From Candidatus Omnitrophota bacterium (lineage in GTDB: Bacteria > Omnitrophota > Gorgyraeia > Gygaellales > Profunditerraquicolaceae), in the NCBI GenBank assembly GCA_018895075.1, contig JAHIOW010000026.1, forward strand, positions 1-59,540: 59,540 nt of DNA. The letters run 5' to 3'. The notes below the pieces were generated by a model, which was given only the letters and a program-made list of their open reading frames with translations, ran no database searches and was not told the origin of the DNA. The translations under genes and the position numbers were made by a program. Position 1 is the stretch's first letter. Every line of letters begins with the position of its first letter. Of the stretch, positions 29,115 through 39,140 are shown piece after piece.

Positions 29115-29504
29115 TTAATCTTTAGTCTTTCGCGACTTACCTTTTGGCAATGCCTCTTTAAGGTCTTCCTCAATCGCATCTTTAAGCCTGGTTATCTTCT
29201 GGATTTCTTCTTTTAAACTCTGGCTTACTAATTGTTCTTGCTCTAAGGCATTCTTTGTTGCCTGGAGTATTTCCTTTTCCTTTACCAATTCCTGGGCCAG
29301 GCTATTTAATTTATTTTCTAGCGTCATCTTCTCTTGTGAAAACTTGTTCATCCTCTCTTCTAAATCTAATCTGATAACCATCTCTTTATCACGCGCAAGT
29401 TTAAGCCGGTGCGCATTGCTGCAAGAACCCACTGTCCCCATAAGAAGTATTAAAGTTAGTATGCCTAATACCAGAATAAATCTATCCTTTATGCTCTCTT
29501 CCAT
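29115..29504 (-). CDS. Hypothetical coiled-coil lipoprotein
   Basis: 129 aa. Lipobox-like LLMGTVGSC after a TM segment; the rest is heptad-rich and charged. Confidence 0.55.
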   Translation of the reverse strand: MEESIKDRFILVLGILTLILLMGTVGSCSNAHRLKLARDKEMVIRLDLEERMNKFSQEKMTLENKLNSLAQELVKEKEILQATKNALEQEQLVSQSLKEEIQKITRLKDAIEEDLKEALPKGKSRKTKD

Positions 29505-29523
29505 AATATTACACCCCTGTTTC

Positions 29524-30180
29524 CTATTTAAGATTTTCTAGCGGTTCTTTAAGTTCGAATCTAGCCGGTTCTTTTGTCTCTTTTACTTTTGTCAGCCGGG
29601 GGAGGATCACAATCTCAACCCGGCGATTCAACTGGCACCCTTGCTTTGTATCATTAGAGGCAACTGGATGATATTCGCCGTAACCAATCGCTGATATACG
29701 TTCAGGCGAAATTCCTTTTTCATCAACCAAAAAATGTAAGACACTTAAAGAGCGCGCAACGGATAGTTCCCAGTTCGATTTCCAATTTGAATACTGAATG
29801 GGTTGATTATCCGTATGTCCTTCTATCCCTACGCTTAACTGGGGTACATTTTCTTTTAAGACCAGGGAAATCTTATCCAATATAGAATAAACCGCGGGCC
29901 TTATCTTGTCTTTACCTGAATCAAATACAATATCACCTACTACCGTAATCACTAAGCCCTTTTCCATCATTTCTAATTTAACCTGTTTATCCCGAATTTC
30001 CCCAGCCAACCTACTCTCCAGGATACCCCTGGCTTGATTCAATTCATCCAGTTGTTTAGACAATTCTTCAATTTTGCGGATATCCGAACGTCTTCCTTTT
30101 TGAAAGATAAATGTACATCCGGATAAACTTAAACTTAAAAACGCTATTAACGCAATCTTAGCAAATAATTTCATTTTCAT
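29524..30180 (-). CDS. OmpA/MotB-family peptidoglycan-binding lipoprotein with an N-terminal coiled coil
   Basis: Lipobox LSLSGC. OmpA_C motifs GHTDNQPI, NWELSVARS, NRRVEIVI. Confidence 0.85.
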   Translation of the reverse strand: MKMKLFAKIALIAFLSLSLSGCTFIFQKGRRSDIRKIEELSKQLDELNQARGILESRLAGEIRDKQVKLEMMEKGLVITVVGDIVFDSGKDKIRPAVYSILDKISLVLKENVPQLSVGIEGHTDNQPIQYSNWKSNWELSVARSLSVLHFLVDEKGISPERISAIGYGEYHPVASNDTKQGCQLNRRVEIVILPRLTKVKETKEPARFELKEPLENLK

Positions 30181-30213
30181 AAATTACCTCCCTTTTCTAA
30201 TAGACAAGGCCTG

Positions 30214-30242
30214 AATATAACATAATACATAAGTTTAGTCAA
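30214..30242 (-). promoter_or_regulatory. Candidate sigma70 promoter TTGACT-17 nt-TATATT for the OmpA-like/coiled-coil operon
   Basis: -35 at 30237..30242 and -10 at 30214..30219 (reverse complement). A GGGAGG RBS follows before the ATG at 30180. Confidence 0.5.
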
Positions 30243-30250
30243 GTGTTTGT

Positions 30251-31522
<1,272 letters not shown>

Positions 31523-32761
31523 TTACGGGTTCATCTGGAATATCTTGCGCGCGATATCCGGGTACTTGGCAATAAATTTCAACTCATCATCAACCAGGGG
31601 TTTTTGATTATGGACATTAGCATAGCGCACTAATTCCAGGATCTGGGTTGCCTCCTGGTCGTCACGGAAGACAACCTCTAATTTCTCATAGACATTTCTA
31701 AAACCCTTAATCCCTGAATATTCGCCCGCGGTAATTTTACGCCCCGTTTCAACTATCTCAGGTTCTCCCCGGCCCAATTCTTCAAAATCATAAAGTTCAT
31801 AATTACGCCTGTCCTTTAAGGCGCCGTCGGCATGGATGCCTGATTCATGGGCAAAAGCATTTGCGCCTAAGCCGGGTTGATTTATAGGTATAGGGACACC
31901 AAAGGCATAAGAGGCATATTTACCGATCTTGTAGGCCATCTTCAAGCCTACCCTTTCATCCAAGCGATAATCCTGCATGCCGCTGCCGTATTTTATGGCC
32001 AGGATTACAGAAACCAAATCTGCATTACCCGCGCGTTCACCCATGCCATTAATACAAGTATTAATGTAGGCGTCGTATCCGCAATCACAAGCTGCCTTTG
32101 CGCCGGCAATGGAATTGGCCACCACCAACCCCAAATCATTATGACAGTGGATCTCAGCGGGTATCTTAACCCCCTGGCAAAGCCGTTTTATACGTTCATA
32201 AATTGTAAATGGGGTGTCGCAGCCTAATGTATCGCAGTAACGAACCCTATGCGCACCTGCCTCTTTAGCTGCCCGGGAAAATTCAATGAGATAATCCATC
32301 CTGGTGCGCGAGGCATCCTCTGCATTTACGCCGATAGATTCAGCTCCTAATTTGCGCGCCTCTTTTACTGCTTGCGTCATTTCTTTTATCACTGACTGGT
32401 GGTTAAGTTTTCCTTTGAATTTATGCGTAATCATCTGATCAGAAGTAGAGATAGACAAATTCAGGTGTTTGAGGTTGGGCACTAATTTAAAGGCGGCCCT
32501 GACGTCGCCCTGGGTTGCCCTCAGCCACCCTCCCAAGCGGATAGGAGAAAGCACGCCCTTTTTTACTAACTCTAAATTAGCGTTTAAGTAATTGGTCTCA
32601 TGGCGCGTGAGCGGAAAACCAAACTCTGATTGGAATATCCCCATCTCATTTAGATATAGATTCATCATTGTCTTTTCCAGTTTAGAAAGGCAAATCCGGG
32701 AAGTCTGGACTCCATCGCGGTTGGTTACGTCAATAATATATATCTTAGGTTTATTAGCCAT
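31523..32761 (-). CDS. DRE-TIM metallolyase of the homocitrate / citramalate / 2-isopropylmalate synthase family
   Basis: DVTNRDGVQ, HCHNDLG, GERAGNA and HESGIH motifs. GAGGTGA RBS before the ATG at 32761; the ORF-track start at 32788 is rejected. Confidence 0.8.
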   Translation of the reverse strand: MANKPKIYIIDVTNRDGVQTSRICLSKLEKTMMNLYLNEMGIFQSEFGFPLTRHETNYLNANLELVKKGVLSPIRLGGWLRATQGDVRAAFKLVPNLKHLNLSISTSDQMITHKFKGKLNHQSVIKEMTQAVKEARKLGAESIGVNAEDASRTRMDYLIEFSRAAKEAGAHRVRYCDTLGCDTPFTIYERIKRLCQGVKIPAEIHCHNDLGLVVANSIAGAKAACDCGYDAYINTCINGMGERAGNADLVSVILAIKYGSGMQDYRLDERVGLKMAYKIGKYASYAFGVPIPINQPGLGANAFAHESGIHADGALKDRRNYELYDFEELGRGEPEIVETGRKITAGEYSGIKGFRNVYEKLEVVFRDDQEATQILELVRYANVHNQKPLVDDELKFIAKYPDIARKIFQMNP

Positions 32762-32950
32762 ATCATCACCTCTTAAATGAGCAGACAACTTACGGAGTAA
32801 AACGACGTAAGTTGTAGACCGAAGGTCGTCTGCGAATTTAATCCCGACGTATCGTCGGGATAAGTTCGGACTGATAAGTTATGTCGCTTAGATTATCTTT
32901 AATATATGGCTCCCTGCCTGCCGGCAGGCAGGCATAACTTATGTCCTCAC
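32762..32950 (-). promoter_or_regulatory. Highly structured 189-nt spacer / candidate 5' leader RNA: several nested hairpins including a C(UUCG)G tetraloop
   Basis: Stem pairs read from the sequence are 32781-86/32828-33, 32785-94/32806-15, 32817-20/32824-27, 32842-49/32853-60 and 32873-82/32925-34. There is also a 20-bp palindrome at 32913-32. Confidence 0.35.
32913..32932. repeat. Perfect 20-bp palindrome CCTGCCTGCCGGCAGGCAGG
   Basis: Related copies at 55745..55762 and 53946..53986. Confidence 0.9.
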
Positions 32951-34768
32951 TTACCTCTTGATTATCTTTTTAAACTCTTCTTTTTTGGGAACAGTCCGCA
33001 GGCTAAAGATTTCCTGGTTATCTAGAAGATAGGTCGGCCCGAACATAACCTTCAACTCTTTATTCAGGCTGATATTGTCTTTCAAAAGCCTTTTCCCCTC
33101 TTCGCTGCGGCTACAACTACTTATCTTATCTGCAGCCAATCCAGACAGGCAATCCTCCCACCAAGAACTATCAATATTTTTCGCCCGGCAGATAATATAA
33201 TCCCAAAAAAATCTGGGATAGTTCTTTTGCACGCATACGCTGCGCAGATACTCCTGGACCTCAGGCCTGCCTCCGGGGGCATCAAACTTATCTTCCTGCT
33301 CTACTGCCAAAAAATGTATAGCGGGATTAAATTCCCTTGTCATCTCTAACAGCTCTCTAGCATTCCTGTCATACAGACTTATAAATAAATCTAATTTCTT
33401 TTTTATTTTTTTCCTATCCGGAAAATAGGAGAAACCGCTGAATTCAGGTTTGACCATATAAAAATCGCCTTTTATTTCTAGATTTTCTTTTAGTTTATCA
33501 AATCCTTTTTCTTTGTCTACCTCTTTACCTAAAAGATAGGCGGGTAACGCCTTGATATTAAAATTGCTGAGGAATTTCCTAGCGCGCGCATCCGGATAAT
33601 ATAAATAAGAGACAACTAAGCCGGGAAATTGTGTTTTTAAAAATTTAATCATATCCTGGCTATCGCATACACTGCATATCTTAGGCGTAATAATCGAAAG
33701 GGTAACTCCGGAGGCCTTAGTAAATAGACACTCGGATTGCCCTGTGCCTGGTTTCTGGCATGCGCCGATCATGCCTTCCTGCTTGCAATTGGCATCAGAA
33801 AAACAGCGCGGTAAAATAGAGAGCATCTCCGGGTCATCCTTGATTTCATCGGAAAGGCGCAATTCTTCTACCTTATGCTCTATGATTTTTTTATCCTTTA
33901 GCGTTAAACTTAACTTACCCAACCGCCGGCCCTGCCATGATGGCCTCAATACTAAAACAGAATCTATTTTACTGTAAAGCTCTTCTTTATTATTGCCGTG
34001 CCTGCGGCTGCGGCCGGAAAAGACTACATCTATCTCAGCGATCTCCTTTATCAGCCTGAGGTCATCATCCTCCCCTAACTGGCTTAAAAGTATTATAATA
34101 TCCGCGTTCTTTTTCTTTAACTCCTCCACTGCCCCTCTAATCGCAATCTTAGGCCCGGAAAATTTAAGGTCAAAGGCCTTCTGTCTTGCAGACAGGCCGG
34201 TTACGCCAATTATACCGATTTTGACGCCAGCAACTTCCTTTATAATGTAAGCTTCAAACAGTGGAGGCTTTTCTTTAGGATCATTGGTCAGGATATTACA
34301 GGAAACAGGGCTTGGTTTTATCTTGGCTATATTTTCTAAAAGAAAATCTTTGCCAAAATTAAACTCATCGTCTCCCAAGGTTAGCGCATCGTACTTTATT
34401 AACTCTATGGCCTTAAGATTCATCAGGGTCCGTTGCATATCCAGTTGCGTATTTTGGGTATATTCATCCGTTAGGCCGCCAGCAAAAAATCCGCCTGAAT
34501 CCAGAACTAACGTATTGGGATTCTCTTTCCTTAATTCTTTGATTAATGTTGCCCGGCGCGCTAGCCCCCCATCTGATTCCTGAGGGCAATCGCAGGGGTA
34601 AATCATGGCATGGGTCTGGCCTGTATACAAAATCGTAATCTCTTGAGCATAACAGGTAAACGTAAAACTCAAAATGCAAAACGTAAAACTACAACTTAAA
34701 ATTGAAAATTTTAAATTTTGAATTGTGATTTTGACTTTTGACTTTTGACTTTTGACTTTTCTAATCAT
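32951..34768 (-). CDS. Secreted fusion protein: 5'-nucleotidase/metallophosphatase-like N-domain with a degenerate metal motif, plus a C-terminal CxxC thioredoxin/DsbA-like region
   Basis: The N-domain resembles UshA/SoxB-type phosphatases, although ILYTGQTH replaces the usual D-x-H. The C-terminal part has CSVC and thioredoxin-fold-like segments. The signal peptide is encoded by a heptamer-repeat palindrome. Confidence 0.5.
   Translation of the reverse strand: MIRKVKSQKSKVKITIQNLKFSILSCSFTFCILSFTFTCYAQEITILYTGQTHAMIYPCDCPQESDGGLARRATLIKELRKENPNTLVLDSGGFFAGGLTDEYTQNTQLDMQRTLMNLKAIELIKYDALTLGDDEFNFGKDFLLENIAKIKPSPVSCNILTNDPKEKPPLFEAYIIKEVAGVKIGIIGVTGLSARQKAFDLKFSGPKIAIRGAVEELKKKNADIIILLSQLGEDDDLRLIKEIAEIDVVFSGRSRRHGNNKEELYSKIDSVLVLRPSWQGRRLGKLSLTLKDKKIIEHKVEELRLSDEIKDDPEMLSILPRCFSDANCKQEGMIGACQKPGTGQSECLFTKASGVTLSIITPKICSVCDSQDMIKFLKTQFPGLVVSYLYYPDARARKFLSNFNIKALPAYLLGKEVDKEKGFDKLKENLEIKGDFYMVKPEFSGFSYFPDRKKIKKKLDLFISLYDRNARELLEMTREFNPAIHFLAVEQEDKFDAPGGRPEVQEYLRSVCVQKNYPRFFWDYIICRAKNIDSSWWEDCLSGLAADKISSCSRSEEGKRLLKDNISLNKELKVMFGPTYLLDNQEIFSLRTVPKKEEFKKIIKR
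34655..34760. repeat. ~105-bp imperfect palindrome built from AAAANNN / NNNTTTT heptamers, ending in (GACTTTT)x4
   Basis: Spans the serA stop / next-gene start junction. Encodes the N-terminal leader KSQKSKVK...FSILSCSFTFCILSFTF. Confidence 0.8.
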
Positions 34769-36345
34769 AACTTTATTACTTTCACTGCTAAAATATTCTC
34801 AGTCTTCTTTATTTGCTCAAGGACCTTACTGGATACGGGGCTGTCCACATTCAATACTGTAATGGCCTTACCGCCGGCTGTCTGCCGGCCAAAAGTCATT
34901 GCCGCAATATTGATATTGTGTTGGCCTAAAAGCGTGCCTAGATTGCCAATAATACCCGGTTTATCCCAGTTGCGGATTACAATCATCTCACCCAAAGGCA
35001 ACAATTCCACATAATAATCATCGACCTTGACAATACGCGGCTGTTTATTGGGAGAGAGCGTGCCGGCAACCCTCTTGGTTTCTTTATCAGTTTTTATCTC
35101 TAACTGAATCAGGGTTACGAATTCTTCCTCTTTAGAAGATTTTGCTTCCTTTATCTTTATGCCCCTTTCCTTAGCCAGGCTCGTAGCGTTGATGAAGTTT
35201 ACTGTCTCCTTTAATATCGGCGAAAGCAGCCCCTTCACCAGGGCCATGGTCAGCGGACTTAAATCGTATTGAATAATATCGCCGCTATAATTTATATTCA
35301 GCTCCTGGAACCTTCCTTCTATTAATTGGCTGGAAAATATCCCTAATTTTTCAGATAAATTTATATACGGCTCTAAAATTTTATAAACCTCTGCTTCCAC
35401 GCAAGGGTAGTTGGCGGCGTTGCGTATGCCTTTGCCTAAAAGCGCGTCGCGCACAATCTGGGCTACCTCTATAGCCACATTAACCTGCGCCTCTTCAGTG
35501 GATGCGCCTAAATGAGGAGTGGTTATAACATTATCTAACCGTGAAAGTTCAGAATCGATGAGTGGTTCTTTTTCAAACACATCTATAGCCGCTCCGGCAA
35601 CCTTACCTTCTTTAATAGCGCTGACTAAGGCCTCCTCATCAATTATGCCGCCACGGGCGCAATTGATTACCCGCGCGCCTTTCTTCATCAGCGCAAATTC
35701 ATCAGTGGATATTATATGTTTTGTCTCTTCGGTCAGGGGCGTATGCACGGTAATATAATCAGAACGCCTAAGCAGCCCCTTTAATTCCACTATTTCTACG
35801 CCCAGGCTCTCAGCAACCTCTTTGGATAAAAAGGGGTCATAGGCTAAGATTTTCATCCCAAAGGAAAACGCCCGCTTGGCTACCTCTCTTCCAATCCTTC
35901 CCAGCCCGATAATACCCAGTATCTTGTTATAAAGCTCCACCCCCATAAATTGAGAACGTTTCCATTCTCCTTGTTTTGTGGAGGCATTGGCCTGGGGGAT
36001 ATTCCTGGAAAGCGCCAGAATCATACTCAAGGTATGTTCGGCAGTAGAAATAGTGTTGCCGCCAGGCGTATTCATCACAATTATGCCCCTGGCTGTAGCC
36101 GCCTCTAAATCTATATTATCTAACCCCACGCCTGCGCGGCCGATTAATCTTAATTTTTTGGCTGCCTCAATTATATCCCTGGTTACCTTGGTTGCGCTCC
36201 TTACAATAAGCGCATCGTAATCTTTAATTGTATCTTTTAGGGCTTCAGGCGTCAGTTTAAGTTTTACATCCACCTGAAATTCTTTGACGCTGGTCAGAAT
36301 CTTCAGTCCTTCATCAGATAACGGATCGCTAACTAAGATTTTCAT
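34765..36345 (-). CDS. serA: D-3-phosphoglycerate dehydrogenase (long form with ASB and ACT domains)
   Basis: GLGRIGREVA NAD motif, about 526 aa. AGGAG RBS before the ATG at 36345. Confidence 0.93.
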   Translation of the reverse strand: MKILVSDPLSDEGLKILTSVKEFQVDVKLKLTPEALKDTIKDYDALIVRSATKVTRDIIEAAKKLRLIGRAGVGLDNIDLEAATARGIIVMNTPGGNTISTAEHTLSMILALSRNIPQANASTKQGEWKRSQFMGVELYNKILGIIGLGRIGREVAKRAFSFGMKILAYDPFLSKEVAESLGVEIVELKGLLRRSDYITVHTPLTEETKHIISTDEFALMKKGARVINCARGGIIDEEALVSAIKEGKVAGAAIDVFEKEPLIDSELSRLDNVITTPHLGASTEEAQVNVAIEVAQIVRDALLGKGIRNAANYPCVEAEVYKILEPYINLSEKLGIFSSQLIEGRFQELNINYSGDIIQYDLSPLTMALVKGLLSPILKETVNFINATSLAKERGIKIKEAKSSKEEEFVTLIQLEIKTDKETKRVAGTLSPNKQPRIVKVDDYYVELLPLGEMIVIRNWDKPGIIGNLGTLLGQHNINIAAMTFGRQTAGGKAITVLNVDSPVSSKVLEQIKKTENILAVKVIKL

Positions 36346-36402
36346 TTTTACTCCTTCAATGAGCACATAACTTACGAATCCCGAAACTTCGGGATGAGTA
36401 AA

Positions 36403-37545
36403 CTATGTGTGCGAATTGAATATCTCCTCTGCCGCCTTCACTCCCGCACCTAAATTAATTTTATATCCCATCTGACTTAAGACCTTCTCTAAACAAGCAA
36501 GGCAAAAAATAATATCAGATTTTTCAATATAGCCCATATGGGCAATCCTGAATATCCTGCTCTTGAATTCGCCCTGGCCTCCGGCGATAGTGACGCCGTA
36601 AGTATCGCGCATAGTCTTGACCATTTTTTCACCGTCTATACCCTGCGGGACCTTTGCTGCGGTGACCACATCAGAGGCAGCAGAGGCTGCAAATAATTCT
36701 AACCCCATTGCCTTCATAGCCGCTTTCGTGGCATCGGCCATTTTTTTATGGCGCAAAAAAACATTCTCAAGGCCATCCTCTTTGAGCATCTTTAGAGATT
36801 CACAGAGCGCTATAATCAAAGTTATGGCAGGGGTAAAGGGAGTATCGGTTTTATCTAACGCCTTTTTGGCAGCTTTTAAATCAAAATAATACTTTGGGCA
36901 TTTAGAATCCTGGACTAACTTCCATGCCTTGGGGCTTACCGATATAAAACCTAAGCCCGGAGGCAACATCAGGCCTTTTTGTGAACCCGAAACCACTACA
37001 TCGCAAAACCAGGAATCAGTCTGTAAATCAATTGCCCCTAACCCGCTTATGGCATCTACCACCAATACTGCCTGGCTATTCCTTACTATCTTGCCTACTG
37101 CCTCAATATCATTGACTACCCCGGTTGAGGTCTCACACAACGTAGTAAATACTGCCTTTATTTTAGGGTTTGCCTTTATTCTTTTTTCTATTTCGCGTGC
37201 CTCAACTGCCTCGCCCCACTGTACCTCAATAATTTCGGTATTAATGCCGTAACTATTACAAATCTCCGTCCATCTCTCGCCGAATTTACCGCCCTGGATA
37301 GTGATGGCTGTATCGCCGGCTGATAATAAGTTAGCTACCGCTGCCTCCATTGCGCCTGTGCCGGATGAGGCCAATATAAAAACATCATTTTTAGTCTGAA
37401 AAACATACCTTAGGCCCTCATTCGCCTCTTTTAAGATTGCCTGAAACTGTGGCGTGCGATGATGGATTATAGGCCTGCCCAGGGCCTCACAGACCTGTGG
37501 CGGTAATGGCGTAGGGCCGGGTGTCAATAAATAACTCTTTCTCAT
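36403..37545 (-). CDS. Class V aminotransferase (serine-pyruvate / phosphoserine aminotransferase type), likely the SerC-equivalent
   Basis: PLP-lysine motif SGSQKGLMLPPGLG. Adjacent to serA. Confidence 0.8.
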   Translation of the reverse strand: MRKSYLLTPGPTPLPPQVCEALGRPIIHHRTPQFQAILKEANEGLRYVFQTKNDVFILASSGTGAMEAAVANLLSAGDTAITIQGGKFGERWTEICNSYGINTEIIEVQWGEAVEAREIEKRIKANPKIKAVFTTLCETSTGVVNDIEAVGKIVRNSQAVLVVDAISGLGAIDLQTDSWFCDVVVSGSQKGLMLPPGLGFISVSPKAWKLVQDSKCPKYYFDLKAAKKALDKTDTPFTPAITLIIALCESLKMLKEDGLENVFLRHKKMADATKAAMKAMGLELFAASAASDVVTAAKVPQGIDGEKMVKTMRDTYGVTIAGGQGEFKSRIFRIAHMGYIEKSDIIFCLACLEKVLSQMGYKINLGAGVKAAEEIFNSHT

Positions 37546-37562
37546 TTGCCCATTCTCCTATT

Positions 37563-37591
37563 ATTAAACTGTTAAATTGTTACATTGTCAA
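37563..37591 (-). promoter_or_regulatory. Candidate promoter TTGACA-17 nt-TTTAAT upstream of the aminotransferase-serA unit
   Basis: -35 at 37586..37591 and -10 at 37563..37568 (reverse complement), embedded in a repeat hairpin. An AGGAGAA RBS follows. Confidence 0.4.
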
Positions 37592-37622
37592 AAGCAATTT
37601 AGCAGTTTAGCAATTTAACAAT
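37564..37622. repeat. Hairpin with arms of 7-8-mer arrays (AAACTGTT AAATTGTT ACATTGTC / CAATTTAG CAGTTTAG CAATTTAA)
   Basis: clpP-aminotransferase spacer. Confidence 0.7.
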
Positions 37623-37629
37623 AAAATTA

Positions 37630-38241
37630 TTATTTCTTCTTGGTTATGATAACTTCATCTACAAGGCCGTATTCCTTGGCTTCTTGGGCAGACATAAAAT
37701 AATCGCGGTCTGTATCCTTTTGAATCTTCTCCAGTGTCTGCTTTGTATGCAGGGCTAAAATCCCGTTTATTTTGTCCCGCAAATTTAAAATTTCTTTGGC
37801 ATGCCGGGAAATATCTTCCGCGGCTCCCTGAATACCGCCCCAGGGCTGATGAATCATAATCCGCGAATTAGGCAAGACGAAACGTTTGCCCTTGGTGCCT
37901 GCGCATAAAAGAAGGGCGCCCATACTTGTGGCCTGTCCTACGCAATAAGTGGCTACATCGGGTTTGAGGAACTGTATGGTATCGTATATCGCCAGCCCTG
38001 CGGTTACCGATCCGCCGGGCGAATTAATATAAATGTTTATCTCTTTCTTCGCATCTTCCATCTGCAAGAAAAGCATCTGGGCAATCACTAAGTTTGCCAC
38101 ATTATCGTCGATGGGCGTGCCGATGAATATAATGCGGTCTTTTAACAACCGTGAATAAATATCATATGCCCGCTCATAGCCCCGCGCAGTCTGTTCGATC
38201 ACCATTGGTACTAATGTCTGCATTTTTTTCTCCATAGCCAC
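37630..38241 (-). CDS. clpP: ATP-dependent Clp protease proteolytic subunit
   Basis: Ser-His-Asp triad context (GQATSMGA; MIHQP). Confidence 0.95.
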   Translation of the reverse strand: MAMEKKMQTLVPMVIEQTARGYERAYDIYSRLLKDRIIFIGTPIDDNVANLVIAQMLFLQMEDAKKEINIYINSPGGSVTAGLAIYDTIQFLKPDVATYCVGQATSMGALLLCAGTKGKRFVLPNSRIMIHQPWGGIQGAAEDISRHAKEILNLRDKINGILALHTKQTLEKIQKDTDRDYFMSAQEAKEYGLVDEVIITKKK

Positions 38242-38250
38242 CTCCCTATT

Positions 38251-39129
38251 TTAAGAAGTTTCCTGCCAATTCGCTTCCCTTAATAAAAACTCTATCACGC
38301 AACGGCTCATATGATCGTCCTGCGGGATGTTTTCTCTTTTGGCGATCTCAGCCAACACTAGATAAACCTTAACCTCTTTTTTTGCCAGGGGCTCTAATTC
38401 AGAAGATAAAGCCTTTTCTCTCTCCTCTAGCTCCTGGCCAGAGACGCCCTTTAATGCCAAATCTAATTTTGCCTGCCTTACTAAATCTTGTAATTGCCGA
38501 TTAATTAAAGGCTGCGGCAGGCTGAAATCCAATCCCCTGGTTATATGCTCAATGATATCATTCTCTATTTTTTGCCGCCCTAGATTCTCCTTATGCATAA
38601 AAATCTGCCTCTCTACTGCCTTTTCCAATTCTAATAAATTTGGAAAACCTAACCCCCGGGCACAATTATCATCTATAGAATCAACTTTTCTGGCTTCTCT
38701 TAAAGCATCAATATTACGTTTTATCTCATCGCTGCTGACTTCAATCTTTTTATACTTAATCTCAAGGCCCTTATAGTGCTTAAGTTTAATCTCGGGCCTG
38801 ACTTCTACAGTTGCCTTAAATGAAAGGTTCTGGTTATCTAATTTGACATCGGATATATCCGGTAAATCAATTACCTCTAATCCTTCCTCTTTTACTGCCT
38901 CTTGATAAACATCCGGGACTAATTCCTCAAGCACGCGTTGCTGCATTTGGGGAGAAAAATGCTTCTCTAAAATATCTGCCGGGACATGGCCAACACGAAA
39001 ACCCGGGACCTTTGCCTCCTGGCCGATTTTCTTAGAGACCTCCTGGAATTTATTTTTTACGATATCACCGCTGACTTCTATACTAATCTCTCTTTTTGTA
39101 GCGTCTAACTTCTTAACCTCTCTCTTCAT
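38251..39129 (-). CDS. tig: Trigger factor lacking the central FKBP/PPIase domain
   Basis: Ribosome-binding signature GFRVGHVP in the N-domain and a recognisable C-terminal chaperone arm domain. Only 292 aa. tig-clpP context. Confidence 0.8.
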   Translation of the reverse strand: MKREVKKLDATKREISIEVSGDIVKNKFQEVSKKIGQEAKVPGFRVGHVPADILEKHFSPQMQQRVLEELVPDVYQEAVKEEGLEVIDLPDISDVKLDNQNLSFKATVEVRPEIKLKHYKGLEIKYKKIEVSSDEIKRNIDALREARKVDSIDDNCARGLGFPNLLELEKAVERQIFMHKENLGRQKIENDIIEHITRGLDFSLPQPLINRQLQDLVRQAKLDLALKGVSGQELEEREKALSSELEPLAKKEVKVYLVLAEIAKRENIPQDDHMSRCVIEFLLREANWQETS

Positions 39130-39140
39130 CCGTCCCTCGC

